This document shows, one piece after another, positions 44,796-54,959 of a stretch of 64,000 bases of DNA. A model generated the notes under the pieces. It did not search any database. It saw only the letters and a list, made by a program, of their open reading frames with translations, and had not been told where the DNA came from. Within the stretch, counting starts at the first letter, position 1; each line of letters begins with the position of its first letter. Made by a program: the position numbers and the translations under genes. The stretch comes from Candidatus Heimdallarchaeota archaeon. GTDB lineage: Archaea; Asgardarchaeota; Heimdallarchaeia; Heimdallarchaeales; Heimdallarchaeaceae. The DNA lies in NCBI GenBank assembly GCA_016840095.1, contig JAEOSZ010000066.1, positions 1 to 64,000 on the forward strand, given 5' to 3'.

Positions 44796-47700
44796 GTGGA
44801 TAACGAGAAACAAGTATTTGAGTCAGTTAAAGCTTTACCTTCATTTTCTAAAGACGAGGAAGAAACATTGACTTTCTGGGAAGAAAATAAGGTATTTGAT
44901 AAACTAAGAGAGATGAGAAAAGGAAGCCCGTTATTTAAATGGTTAGAGGGCCCTCCAACTGCAAATGGTCTCCCTCACATTGGACATGCTTTAACTCGAG
45001 CAATCAAAGATGTATTTCTTAGACATAAGTCAATGCACGGATTTGAAGTTGTACCTTGGGTTGCAGGATGGGATTGTCATGGACTTCCTGTCGAACTAGA
45101 AGTAGAAAAAACTCTTGGATTTACAGACAAAAGCCAAATTGAAGAATTTGGAATGGTAAACTTCAATGCAGAATGTAGAAAATCTGTTTTCAAATATGTT
45201 AAAGAATGGCGTGAGATGTCTGAACGCATAGGTTTCTGGGTTGATTTCGAAAACAGATATGCTACTCTAGATGAAAACTATGTTGAAAGCGTTTGGTGGT
45301 CATTGAAGGAGATAGACAAAAAAGGGTTGCTATACTTAGGATATAAAGTAGTTCCCTATTGTCCAAGATGTGGAACTCCACTATCTTCTCATGAAGTAGG
45401 ACAAGGGATGATGGAAACAACAGACCCCTCAGTTTTTGTTAAAATAAAAGCAGAAGGTTTTGAAGATACATACTATCTAGTTTGGACAACTACACCATGG
45501 ACACTAATATCAAATGTTTGTATAACAGTACACCCAGATATTGATTACGTTCAAGTAGAATATAATGGAGAAAAATTGATTCTAGCTGAGAAGAAAGCAG
45601 ATGAACTTCTAGAAACATATGCCGTTCTACAAAAATTCAAAGGAAAAGATCTGGAATATAAAAAATATGAACAACTTTTCCAATATATAGTACCTGAAGA
45701 AGATGCTTTCTATGTAACTCTTGCAAATTATGTAACCACAGATGAAGGAACAGGTATTGTTCATTCCGCCCCAGCTTTTGGAGAGGATGATGCTGAAATT
45801 GGAAAACAGTATGGATTACCTGTAATGAATCCAGTTCTAGAAGATGGAAGTTTCTCAGATGAAATTGTAGATTTTGCAGGTTTATTTGTTAAAGATGCAG
45901 ATCCCAAAATAATGGATAACCTAAAGGAAAGAGGTTTGCTTTTCAAGAAAGGAGTGTATAAACACATATATCCGTTCTGTTATCGTTGTGATGGTCCGCT
46001 TCTGTATTATTCTACAGAAACATGGTACATTGAAATGTCTAAAATGCGAGATAGATTAGTAGCAAACAATGACCTAGTAAGATGGCAACCTGCACATCTC
46101 AAGAAAGGTAGATTTGGAAACTTCATCGAAGAAGTAAGAGATTGGGCACTTTCTCGAAATAGATTTTGGGGAAGCCCACTTCCAATATGGTTATGCGAAG
46201 ACAATCATAAAACAGTTATTGGTAGTAGAAAGGAACTAGAAGAATTATATGGTAAACCTCTAGCTAAAGACTTCAGTTTACATAGACCTTGGGTAGATGA
46301 AATAACCTTTGACTGTCCTGAGTGTCAGAAGAAAGCTGAAAGAGTGCCATATGTTATAGATTGTTGGTATGATGCAGGAAGTGCACCTTTTGCTCAATAT
46401 CATTATCCATTTGAGAATAAAGAATTGTTTGACAAGCATTTCCCATATGATTTCATAACAGAAGCAATAGACCAAACAAGAGGTTGGTTTTACACTCTTC
46501 TAGCAATAAGCACAGTTCTATTCGATAAACCAGCTTATCTAAACTGTTTAACTATGGGACATACATTAGATGCTAAAGGAAAGAAAATGAGTAAAAGCAA
46601 GGGGAACATGATCCGCGCTAATGAAGTTATACCAGAATATGGCGCAGATGCTGTGAGATGGTTCCTATATTCATACCCTACATGGAACAGTGTGAGAGTT
46701 GATCCTGAGCAAATATACGAAACAATGAAGAAATTCATACTTACACTCTGGAACAGTTATAGTTTCTTTGTATCAAATGCTAATGTGGATAATTTTGATC
46801 CTAAAACATTCAATGTTCCGTTAAACGAGAGACCAGAACTCGATAAATGGTTAATAAGTGAAGTTAATTATTTAGCAAAAACCATAGATGATGCATTAGA
46901 AAACATGACTGTACATATAGCAGCTCAAGCTTTTGAGAAATTCGTCATTGATAAATTCAGTAATTGGTATCTTCGACAATCTCGTAGAAGGTTCTGGAGA
47001 GGAGAACTGGACACAGATAAGAAATCTGCTTATGTAACAACATATGAAGTATTAGTAAAACTATCTAAGATGTTAGCTCCTTTCATTCCTTTCATCTCTG
47101 AGAAATTACATCAGAATTTGGTAAGAAGACTAGATTCTGAAGCTGCTTTAAGTGTGCATTTCCTTGATTATCCAACCATAAATAAAAAGGAAGTAGATGC
47201 CAATCTTTCAAGGGATATGAATAAAGTACTTTCGCTAGTTACAGCAGGAAGAAGTATACGATCCTCAGCAAATATAAAATTGAGACAACCTCTTTCTGAA
47301 CTCATATTGATATCTCCTCTTGGAAAGAAGGATTTGATAGAGAAATATGAGGAAGTCTTCAAGGAAGAACTGAATGTAAAGAAGATAACTCTTAGCAAAA
47401 GCTCTGAAGAACTGGTAAATTATACAATAAAACCAAATTTCAAGGTATTAGCTCCCAAAGTCAAATCAGCTGTTAAAGGAATAGGAAAGGAACTAGAAAA
47501 ACTAGATTCTGACAAGACCAAGGAGTATGTTGAAATGTTAGCAAAAGGTGAATCAATAGTTATAACAGCAGATGATACAGAGTTTCAACTCACTCCAGAC
47601 GACCTGGAATACAGAATAGAGGTTCACGAAGGATTTGCAGGTGAAGAAGCTGAAGGATACCTATTGCTTTTCAATTCAACAATTACTGATGACCTTAAAC

Positions 47701-47954
47701 AAGAAGGATATGTTAGAGATATAATCAGACGAGTTCAAACAATGAGAAAAGAACTGGATCTCGAATACACTCAGAAAATTGTTCTCTCTGTCGAAGTAGA
47801 TGAATTTGGAAAAGAAGCTCTAAAGAAATTTAAAGAGTACATCAAAGAGGAAACCCTAAGCAAAGAGATGGAATTCACAAAACCAAAGGAAGGACTGATC
47901 AAAGACTGGAAATTCGATGAGTTTGAGGTAACTATTGGAGTAAAACCTCTCTAA
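44796..47954 (+). CDS. ileS: Isoleucine--tRNA ligase (archaeal/eukaryotic type)
   Basis: EGPPTANGLPHIGH, GWDCHGLP, WTTTPWTL, GTGIVH.AP, DWALSRNRFWG, DQTRGWF, KMSKS. Confidence 0.97.
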   Translation: MDNEKQVFESVKALPSFSKDEEETLTFWEENKVFDKLREMRKGSPLFKWLEGPPTANGLPHIGHALTRAIKDVFLRHKSMHGFEVVPWVAGWDCHGLPVELEVEKTLGFTDKSQIEEFGMVNFNAECRKSVFKYVKEWREMSERIGFWVDFENRYATLDENYVESVWWSLKEIDKKGLLYLGYKVVPYCPRCGTPLSSHEVGQGMMETTDPSVFVKIKAEGFEDTYYLVWTTTPWTLISNVCITVHPDIDYVQVEYNGEKLILAEKKADELLETYAVLQKFKGKDLEYKKYEQLFQYIVPEEDAFYVTLANYVTTDEGTGIVHSAPAFGEDDAEIGKQYGLPVMNPVLEDGSFSDEIVDFAGLFVKDADPKIMDNLKERGLLFKKGVYKHIYPFCYRCDGPLLYYSTETWYIEMSKMRDRLVANNDLVRWQPAHLKKGRFGNFIEEVRDWALSRNRFWGSPLPIWLCEDNHKTVIGSRKELEELYGKPLAKDFSLHRPWVDEITFDCPECQKKAERVPYVIDCWYDAGSAPFAQYHYPFENKELFDKHFPYDFITEAIDQTRGWFYTLLAISTVLFDKPAYLNCLTMGHTLDAKGKKMSKSKGNMIRANEVIPEYGADAVRWFLYSYPTWNSVRVDPEQIYETMKKFILTLWNSYSFFVSNANVDNFDPKTFNVPLNERPELDKWLISEVNYLAKTIDDALENMTVHIAAQAFEKFVIDKFSNWYLRQSRRRFWRGELDTDKKSAYVTTYEVLVKLSKMLAPFIPFISEKLHQNLVRRLDSEAALSVHFLDYPTINKKEVDANLSRDMNKVLSLVTAGRSIRSSANIKLRQPLSELILISPLGKKDLIEKYEEVFKEELNVKKITLSKSSEELVNYTIKPNFKVLAPKVKSAVKGIGKELEKLDSDKTKEYVEMLAKGESIVITADDTEFQLTPDDLEYRIEVHEGFAGEEAEGYLLLFNSTITDDLKQEGYVRDIIRRVQTMRKELDLEYTQKIVLSVEVDEFGKEALKKFKEYIKEETLSKEMEFTKPKEGLIKDWKFDEFEVTIGVKPL

Positions 47955-48017
47955 TATTTCTCTTTTTATTCAAACTCATTAAAAGTAATAAATAAAAACT
48001 TCAAAGTTAACAACAAT

Positions 48018-48077
48018 GTGGCGATGATTAAACCGTCCCAGACTGAAATGTGATGTTCTCACGACGATATGAGCCAC
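48018..48077 (+). ncRNA. Box C/D 2'-O-methylation guide sRNA (23S rRNA targets)
   Basis: Terminal stem GTGGC/GCCAC; C ATGATTA 48024-30; 12-nt guide AACCGTCCCAGA; D' CTGA 48043-46; C' GTGATGT 48050-56; 12-nt guide TCTCACGACGAT; D ATGA 48069-72; both guides complementary to conserved 23S domain V sequences. Confidence 0.85.
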
Positions 48078-48164
48078 CATAATTTTTTCAATGGTTTTTA
48101 TTGTAGTATAAATAAGATTCAACAAATCATAAAAGTTAATTAGTTTCTGTTACCCCAGATAATT

Positions 48165-49748
48165 GTGATTAATCAAGATCCCAATTTTACGGAGATTCTA
48201 TATCATCAACCTGGTCATCTAAGAAGTGTTAATGTCATCAGGGAATTTGATGGTTATATCTTAACTGGAGGGCAAGATGGAAGAATCTGTATTTGGGATT
48301 TAGATTTAGAGAAAGAACTAGGATGTATTTTTGCGCATAACTCATCTATTTCAGATATTCAGAAGCTGGAAAATCTAAATTTAGTACTATCCACTGCTTT
48401 AGATTTAGATCTAAAAGCATGGTCATTAGTTGATTTTTCTAAAATAGAAAAACAAAAAGCCCACATATCTTCTATTATAGGAGCTAAACCTCTAAACGAT
48501 TTTATAATTTCTATAGGAAGAGATGAACGACTAAGAAAATGGAAAATTGAGAATGGAAATTTCAAACTTCTTGCAAATACGAAAATACTAACTATGCGTC
48601 AAATACTCTCTTTGGATGACAGAATATTGATTTCTTGTCAAGAAGGAGACAAGTTCATTCTGGATACTGAGAACCTCAAAGAAGAAACAACGCTTTTTGT
48701 AAATGATTCCAAAGTTATTAAAGCCATAAAAAAATCTTCAAAATATTTAAAGGAATTTGCAAATAAGGATCCCCATACCATACTTTTTCAATTATCTAGA
48801 AGAAATGGGTTCCCTGCAATATCCAGTACAATAACTAATGATCAATTCATATTGGGGCATGAATTTGGTTTCGTTTCTGTTTGGCAAAGAGATACTCTGA
48901 AATTATCTAAGGTTTTCTTTGTTCATGAAAAACACATTACTGGAATAGAAATATTGGATAATGTTCTCTATACAATTTCATTAGATTCAACAATCTCTAC
49001 GTTTGATATAGAATCACAAAAACCCATTAAATCTTTCAAGTTAAAATCAAAACCATTATCACTACTAAAGACATCAAAAGAAGAATTTGTTGTAGGTTTA
49101 GAAACAGGTGAATTGTTGGTTTTTGACTCACAATTGGTCCATATCAATTCTCAAATGAATATAAAGTTGATATCTGGATCAGCAATAACCTCTGATAGTC
49201 TTGCCTTCGCATTAAATTCAGGAGATATTGTTTTATTAAATAGCGAAAATCTGGAGATTATAAAACAAAAGAAAATCCATGAGAAAAACATTCATGGACT
49301 TTTTTTCTATGATGGTAGATTGATTTCTGTTGGAGATGACAAACGAGTGGTTATATTAGATTCTAACCTAGATATCATCAAAGAAATCGAGTTTGAACAT
49401 AAAATTATCAACTCAAGACAAGTAAAGCATTATATTACTTTAAATTCCAATCATGTTTTAGATCTTCGGAAAGATGAGGTAATCAAGGGGGAAATATCAA
49501 AGGAAACAGAAGATGAGATGAAGAGAATTAATCCGCTAGATTATGAACTAGTAAAAGGGGATATTCGAATTAAAATAAACAACGATATTCTTCGAAAATT
49601 CACAAAAGATGAGCTAAATGAGATGTACAAAGGAAAAATTTGGGAATCACTGGAAAAACTCTCAAAAGCAAAGGTTAATTCATTTTATCTCCAGGAAAAC
49701 GAATTTTTTGTTATCTCAAAAAGATTGAAAACAACAGAAAAAGAATAA
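48165..49748 (+). CDS. WD40-repeat beta-propeller protein
   Basis: GH...V, LTGGQDGRICIWD, AH..SI, SIGRDERLRKW, SLDSTI, SVGDDKRV. Confidence 0.8.
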   Translation: MINQDPNFTEILYHQPGHLRSVNVIREFDGYILTGGQDGRICIWDLDLEKELGCIFAHNSSISDIQKLENLNLVLSTALDLDLKAWSLVDFSKIEKQKAHISSIIGAKPLNDFIISIGRDERLRKWKIENGNFKLLANTKILTMRQILSLDDRILISCQEGDKFILDTENLKEETTLFVNDSKVIKAIKKSSKYLKEFANKDPHTILFQLSRRNGFPAISSTITNDQFILGHEFGFVSVWQRDTLKLSKVFFVHEKHITGIEILDNVLYTISLDSTISTFDIESQKPIKSFKLKSKPLSLLKTSKEEFVVGLETGELLVFDSQLVHINSQMNIKLISGSAITSDSLAFALNSGDIVLLNSENLEIIKQKKIHEKNIHGLFFYDGRLISVGDDKRVVILDSNLDIIKEIEFEHKIINSRQVKHYITLNSNHVLDLRKDEVIKGEISKETEDEMKRINPLDYELVKGDIRIKINNDILRKFTKDELNEMYKGKIWESLEKLSKAKVNSFYLQENEFFVISKRLKTTEKE

Positions 49749-49759
49749 GCAGTTAATTT

Positions 49760-50242
49760 TTACTTAATTTCATATTTCTCAAACTCAACATCAGATGAAT
49801 CCAACCAACCCGAACGTAGAATTGGATCTGAATATTCTTCAACGTAAATAACTTTTCTAATTCCAGCATTTATAATCGCCATTGTGCAATTTCCACAAGG
49901 TCTAGTTGTTGAGTAAAGAGTTGTACCTTCTGAACTTATCCCTGCTGTGGCGGCCTGGATTATTGCATTCAGTTCTGCATGAACAGCTGGACACACCTCA
50001 TTTTTTTCTCCAGATTTTTCGTATAGTTTTGTACAAGTCTTTTTTGTGCAATGATCTATTCCTCTAGGAACTCCATTATAGCCTGTAGATATAATCTGAT
50101 GTTTATCATTTACAAGTACTGCCCCTACTTGTCTTCTAATACATGTAGATCTTGTCTTAGCAATTTCTGCAATTCCTATAAAATACTCATCCCAAGAGGG
50201 TCTATTCAGTTCTTTAATCAAAGAATCATCTGTATTTTTCAT
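49760..50242 (-). CDS. dCMP deaminase family protein
   Basis: RPSWDEYF, RSTC.RRQVGA, TGYNG, VHAELNA, PCGNC. Confidence 0.93.
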   Translation of the reverse strand: MKNTDDSLIKELNRPSWDEYFIGIAEIAKTRSTCIRRQVGAVLVNDKHQIISTGYNGVPRGIDHCTKKTCTKLYEKSGEKNEVCPAVHAELNAIIQAATAGISSEGTTLYSTTRPCGNCTMAIINAGIRKVIYVEEYSDPILRSGWLDSSDVEFEKYEIK

Positions 50243-50289
50243 TCTAAATAAAATTTAATGTTAGATTTAATCAATATTTTTGTCTTGGT

Positions 50290-50616
50290 TTATGATTTCG
50301 AAAGATATTTCTTTGCTTTATTGATTACTCCACTCACATAAGAAGGATGAAGAAGGACATTTTTGTCATCTATTCTTGTAATAAGTGCTAAGATTGTAAG
50401 TAAGGAAGAGAGGGAATCATGCGAGCATCTAATTATTCCACTTTGTAAATTCTCATCAAAGTGTTCAAAATATAAGCCAGCGCTTGATGAACCAGAAATT
50501 CCATAGATCTTTTGATATGTTTGCCAGACTTTGGTCTTAATAGCTTGTAAATTAAAACTTGTTTCTTTAGCTATAATTGTGATAACTACATATCGATCTC
50601 TTGTTATGGTCACCAT
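50290..50616 (-). CDS. rnp2: RNase P protein component 2 (Pop5/Rpp14)
   Basis: RYVV, YG..G, GIIRC.H, VSG.I.KAK; follows Rpp30. Confidence 0.85.
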   Translation of the reverse strand: MVTITRDRYVVITIIAKETSFNLQAIKTKVWQTYQKIYGISGSSSAGLYFEHFDENLQSGIIRCSHDSLSSLLTILALITRIDDKNVLLHPSYVSGVINKAKKYLSKS

Positions 50617-50618
50617 AA

Positions 50619-51461
50619 TTAAACCTCCTTTACACCTTCAAAAACTGAAGTATCATGTAATTTTATAATATTAGAAACTAGCTTAGAAAACTGATTCTCA
50701 AAAACAGAGTATTTGCTTTTATTGTATGAAATACCAAAAAGTTCACCTAAATATCTCATTTGAGATCCATTTCGCAAATGCAAAGGAGATAGTGGATTCA
50801 TTGAAAAAGTGAATGGAACATGACTTTGCTTTAGTAATTTTATTAGTTTTCTTCCGTTTCTTAATATAAGGCTAAGTTCCTTATCATCCTTTGAAGTTAA
50901 AAGGGCCGATAATGAGATTTCTAATAGCTTATCATTTTGTTTTATTAGAGAACATAAAGCTGAATCAATTGAGGAAGCATTTTCAAGAAGGTCAACAGAA
51001 ATAAAGTCTATTCTTCTATCTGTGGCAGCCCATTTCAGAATGTTTTTCTTGTTAGAACAAACACAAACTAGCTCATGTTGAAAACGTATTCCTGCTAGAT
51101 TCTTTTTTATTTCTTCTATACTTCTACTAGAAACATTTTTTCTAGTTACAATAATGTGCTGATTTGAATCCATATTTAACAAATATTTCTTAAATTTAAT
51201 TATGGTTTGTTCCAAATTATAACTTGTATCTATAATGGATTCATAGATACTTGTAAGAGAAAATAATTCAAAATCTGATTTGGTGTTTTCTTCAATTAAT
51301 TTATTCCTTTCAGTGATGGTTATTCCATTTACAACTACTATCGGAATATTAATCCTATGAGCAATTTCGATATAGTCCATTATTGAATAGCTGTCATTCA
51401 AAGATACATTACTTTCTATTGAAAGCTGCAATTTCTTAACAGTATTCACCATATCTAACAT
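50619..51461 (-). CDS. rnp3: RNase P protein component 3 (Rpp30)
   Basis: WAATDRRIDFI, LEISLS.LL, S.LHLR; adjacent to Pop5. Confidence 0.75.
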   Translation of the reverse strand: MLDMVNTVKKLQLSIESNVSLNDSYSIMDYIEIAHRINIPIVVVNGITITERNKLIEENTKSDFELFSLTSIYESIIDTSYNLEQTIIKFKKYLLNMDSNQHIIVTRKNVSSRSIEEIKKNLAGIRFQHELVCVCSNKKNILKWAATDRRIDFISVDLLENASSIDSALCSLIKQNDKLLEISLSALLTSKDDKELSLILRNGRKLIKLLKQSHVPFTFSMNPLSPLHLRNGSQMRYLGELFGISYNKSKYSVFENQFSKLVSNIIKLHDTSVFEGVKEV

Positions 51462-51731
51462 ATTATTTCACTTTTAACTAAACTTTAGTATCACATTTCT
51501 TCAAAAATCTTCCTTCTTAGTAGTTTGTTTTGAAAGATTGTAAATTTGAGTCTGAGGATTTTCAGTAGAAATCCTGCTTCAGTTTCATTTTAATATCAAT
51601 ATTTCACTATTGAAAATAAAATCAGAAAGCCAAAAGTTAATAAAGTATTCGGGTTATCAAACCTCGTCATAAAGCTTCATTTATGCATAATCTTCAAGAA
51701 TGGAGATATATAGAAACAGGAGCAAGTTCGA

Positions 51732-52208
51732 ATGGGTTTATACGAAAGAATTTGGAAAGATCAGAAAAATAGAACACTTCTCATCAGTTCGATAATTGCA
51801 TTGACTTTTATTATTCTAGCATTCATTTTTTCAGGTTGGAATGAATTAAGTGCTCCAAATTGGTTAAAGGGTCTATACCTAGATGATCCAACTGAAAAAT
51901 ACAATGTAGGTTTGACTCTCTTAATAGGATTCTTTGTATCTATATTCTATTTCTTCTTAATGTTAGCTTTAGCAACTTTGAGAGAAATAAGAGCTGGCTT
52001 ACCATCATGGGGTTCATTTGTTAGTTCTTCAATTGCTTCAATACTAATCACATGGATAGTTACCTCAATCAAACCAGGATTAGCTCAAGAAACAAACTAC
52101 ACTCCTGGAATGCAATTGACTATTTTTGGAATACTTATTGGAGTAATTATTCTTTCAATAGTTTATATCTTCTTTACAGAATCTCCAGATGAAGAAAAAA
52201 AGAAATAG
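51732..52208 (+). CDS. Membrane protein (4 TM)
   Basis: Four hydrophobic segments; GGAG RBS. Confidence 0.7.
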   Translation: MGLYERIWKDQKNRTLLISSIIALTFIILAFIFSGWNELSAPNWLKGLYLDDPTEKYNVGLTLLIGFFVSIFYFFLMLALATLREIRAGLPSWGSFVSSSIASILITWIVTSIKPGLAQETNYTPGMQLTIFGILIGVIILSIVYIFFTESPDEEKKK

Positions 52209-52238
52209 TCAAGGGATAAATTTTTCCCTTTTATTTTG

Positions 52239-52646
52239 TTAACTTGAACTAACTTCAGAAACTAATTCTTCTAAGGTTTTGGAACCAACTTTTGAAACTT
52301 TCATGTTTATTTGATATGATGCTTCTGAAATAATATTTCCGCGAACTGCTTTTCTTACACGTTTGCCTTTTCGTGGAACCTTATATCCAACCCCACCTCT
52401 TAGTAGATATTTTCTTCTACTAGCACCTTCAATACTTGATCTGTGGGGGAATCCATCTCTATCACTCCCGCCAGTAATAACAAACTCCCAAGAAGGTAAT
52501 CCAATTACATTGCCTTCAACTTTAGCTCCAAGTTTTAAACCAATTAGAGCAGTTGCCTGAGCATCTCTAACAATCTTGGTGTGGCATTTACCTTTTTGAT
52601 CTCCTATATTTAATTTAAACTCAAGTTGTCCTGCTTTTTGTGACAT
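52239..52646 (-). CDS. rps6e: 30S ribosomal protein S6e
   Basis: FKLNI, ITGGSDRDGFP, G.R.RK.VRGNII, QINMKV. Confidence 0.95.
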   Translation of the reverse strand: MSQKAGQLEFKLNIGDQKGKCHTKIVRDAQATALIGLKLGAKVEGNVIGLPSWEFVITGGSDRDGFPHRSSIEGASRRKYLLRGGVGYKVPRKGKRVRKAVRGNIISEASYQINMKVSKVGSKTLEELVSEVSSS

Positions 52647-52685
52647 TTTTTGCACTCCATACGTAAGGGACTGTATATCTTATTA

Positions 52686-52871
52686 CTAAACTATAGCCAA
52701 GTGGTATGTTTTTAACAGTTTTTATCTTTAACTTATTTGCTTATGTCTTTCATTGTAGTTTTTCAATTACAAAAAAGCCCTTTTTTATTGATTTTGAACG
52801 ATTTTTGGTTACCAAAAAATGAGTAAGAAAGTTCAGCCAAACTTATATACTCAATAGCTAAACTATAGCCA
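52686..52871. repeat. 14-bp direct repeat CTAAACTATAGCCA in the eS6/TFB divergent promoter
   Basis: Exact copies at 52686-52699 and 52858-52871. Confidence 0.8.
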
Positions 52872-52891
52872 GACTAACCTAAGGTGTTATT

Positions 52892-53839
52892 ATGGCTCCA
52901 GAACCTATTAACATTACCACTTCTTCTGAAACTTCTCTTCCAAGGTGTCCAGACTGCAATTCGCTAAAACTAACATTCGATTCTACTAGAGGTGAAATAA
53001 GTTGTGGGAGTTGTGGGTTAGTTGTAGAAGATTCATACATTGATCAATCAGCGGAGTGGAGAGCTTACTCAAAAGAACAACATATTAAAAGAGCTAGAAC
53101 AGGAACCCCAAAAAACCTTCTAACTTATGACCACTATGGAACCTTGATTGACTACTCAAACAAGGACATTTTTGGGAATTCAATATCTCCAGAAAAAGCA
53201 AGTCAGATGTTCAGATTAAGAACATTACAACGCAGAGCAGTTCTTCAATATGGAACTGAAAGAAACTTACTACGAGCTTTGAATGAAATTAAAAGAATTA
53301 GTAGTCAATTGAACCTCACAATAAAAGTTAGAGAAACAGCCGCTATGATTTACAGAAAAATTTTAAGAACAGGCTTAGTTAGGGGGAGATCAACTGAAGC
53401 TCTTGTCTCAGCATCTCTCTATCTTTCATGTAGGCTGCACAAACAACCAGAAACTCTGGAAGATGTAGCAGATAAAACTAGATTAAGTAAGAAGAAACTT
53501 GCTAAGAATTTTAGACTTCTTCTCAAGCATTTAGACTTAAAAATGCCTCTTGCAAGTCCTGAAAGTAGCATTGCAAAGTTCGCTTCTATACTAAACTTCT
53601 CTACTAAAATCCTAAATGATGCTCAGTTGATTCTAACAAAAGCAAAAGCTGCAAAAATAACTGTTGGGAAGAATCCAAATTCCCTTGCTGCAGCTGCATT
53701 ATATATTGCTGCCCTACAAAATAAGACTAAATGTCCTCAGAATGAAATTGCTAAAACATGTCAAATCACTGAAGTTACATTAAGAAATAGGTACAAAGAG
53801 TTTATTCGTGTGCTTGATTTAAAAGTTAGTTTAAATTAA
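52892..53839 (+). CDS. tfb: Transcription initiation factor IIB
   Basis: Zn ribbon CPDC..CGSCGLV, EWRAY, ERNL..AL, GRS...VSA.LY, GK.P...AAA.LY, TEVTLRNRYKE. Confidence 0.96.
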   Translation: MAPEPINITTSSETSLPRCPDCNSLKLTFDSTRGEISCGSCGLVVEDSYIDQSAEWRAYSKEQHIKRARTGTPKNLLTYDHYGTLIDYSNKDIFGNSISPEKASQMFRLRTLQRRAVLQYGTERNLLRALNEIKRISSQLNLTIKVRETAAMIYRKILRTGLVRGRSTEALVSASLYLSCRLHKQPETLEDVADKTRLSKKKLAKNFRLLLKHLDLKMPLASPESSIAKFASILNFSTKILNDAQLILTKAKAAKITVGKNPNSLAAAALYIAALQNKTKCPQNEIAKTCQITEVTLRNRYKEFIRVLDLKVSLN

Positions 53840-54249
53840 CTAGTTCTAATCACTTTTTCAATTGTAATTCCAGTTACTTCTGTAATTGAACTTAAACTGG
53901 ATTCAATTTCATCAACTTCAATTGTCAAATCTTTTTCTTGTAGGAAACCTTCCCAGAAACATCTATTTTCAACTAAACACAATCCTGTACTATATACCAC
54001 TTTTGTAGCTATTTTGGAAATATTGTTCATAATTTTTGCAACGATTTCAGGTGTTAGTGGATAGATTTGAATACTCAATTTATATACATCAGAAGCTACT
54101 GGAAAGAAATAAATCGCACGAGCATTCATCGAATAAATGCTTAATATGTTACTTGTTTGTGTAACATCAGAAAGAGCTCCTAAAATTTCCTCTTTTACTT
54201 TTACATCTTCAGCAGACTCATATATTGTTGAATGTGTCAGTTCTTCCAT
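53836..54249 (-). CDS. Hypothetical protein with possible ACT-like C-terminal domain
   Basis: Beta-alpha-beta pattern KLSIQI..PEIVAKIMN...VYSTGLC; ORF track start 54291. Confidence 0.55.
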   Translation of the reverse strand: MEELTHSTIYESAEDVKVKEEILGALSDVTQTSNILSIYSMNARAIYFFPVASDVYKLSIQIYPLTPEIVAKIMNNISKIATKVVYSTGLCLVENRCFWEGFLQEKDLTIEVDEIESSLSSITEVTGITIEKVIRTS

Positions 54250-54374
54250 ATGTTTCACCGGATTGAAGTTTTTAGTTAAATTCTGATTCAACTAGTATAT
54301 ATAAATCAATAGTTTTTGCATTTAAACTCTTTCATCGAGAAAGACTAATAAAAAACTGCTGATAACTATTTACA

Positions 54375-54947
54375 ATGGATGTTCATTTTATCACTCACAA
54401 TCCTTCAAAGTATGAAGAAGCTTCAAATGTTGCTCAAGAATTTAATTTATCAATTAAGTGGTATGATCACGAATATGAGGAATTACAAGAAGATTCACTT
54501 GAGATCATTGCTCGTAAAAGCTGTCTAAGTATAATGCAAACGAAACCTGAACTTAAAGAACTTCATTTCTTCCTTGAAGATGCAGGACTCTTCATAAAAT
54601 CTCTAAATGGTTTTCCTGGACCCTATTCTTCTTATGTGTTTAACACTATTGGAAACAATGGAATACTAGATTTGATGAAAGATAAAGAAGACAGAGAAGC
54701 TTACTTTAAATCAGTAACTGCATACTACGATGGAAGTACTATAGAAACATTTGTTGGAGTAACAAAGGGGATTATAACTAAATCATTGATAGGTGAAGGG
54801 GGGTTTGGTTTTGACCCAATTTTCAGACCAGATGACAATAATCAAACCTTTGCTGAAATGACACTAGCAACCAAGAATTTATATTCTCACCGTCAAAAGT
54901 CACTTCGAATATTATTCACCTCCTTAACCGCCTTCGCAAAGCAATAA
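54375..54947 (+). CDS. rdgB: Non-canonical purine NTP pyrophosphatase (HAM1/RdgB)
   Basis: T.N..K, ELQ, EDAGLFI..LNGFPGPYS, GFGFDPIF, KN..SHR. Confidence 0.95.
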   Translation: MDVHFITHNPSKYEEASNVAQEFNLSIKWYDHEYEELQEDSLEIIARKSCLSIMQTKPELKELHFFLEDAGLFIKSLNGFPGPYSSYVFNTIGNNGILDLMKDKEDREAYFKSVTAYYDGSTIETFVGVTKGIITKSLIGEGGFGFDPIFRPDDNNQTFAEMTLATKNLYSHRQKSLRILFTSLTAFAKQ

Positions 54948-54959
54948 CCGGTGAAATTA

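Noticed and set aside
51555-51575. AGGATTT/AAATCCT hairpin in the Rpp30 upstream region
   Set aside because: Short AT-rich stem that could arise by chance; no additional motif.
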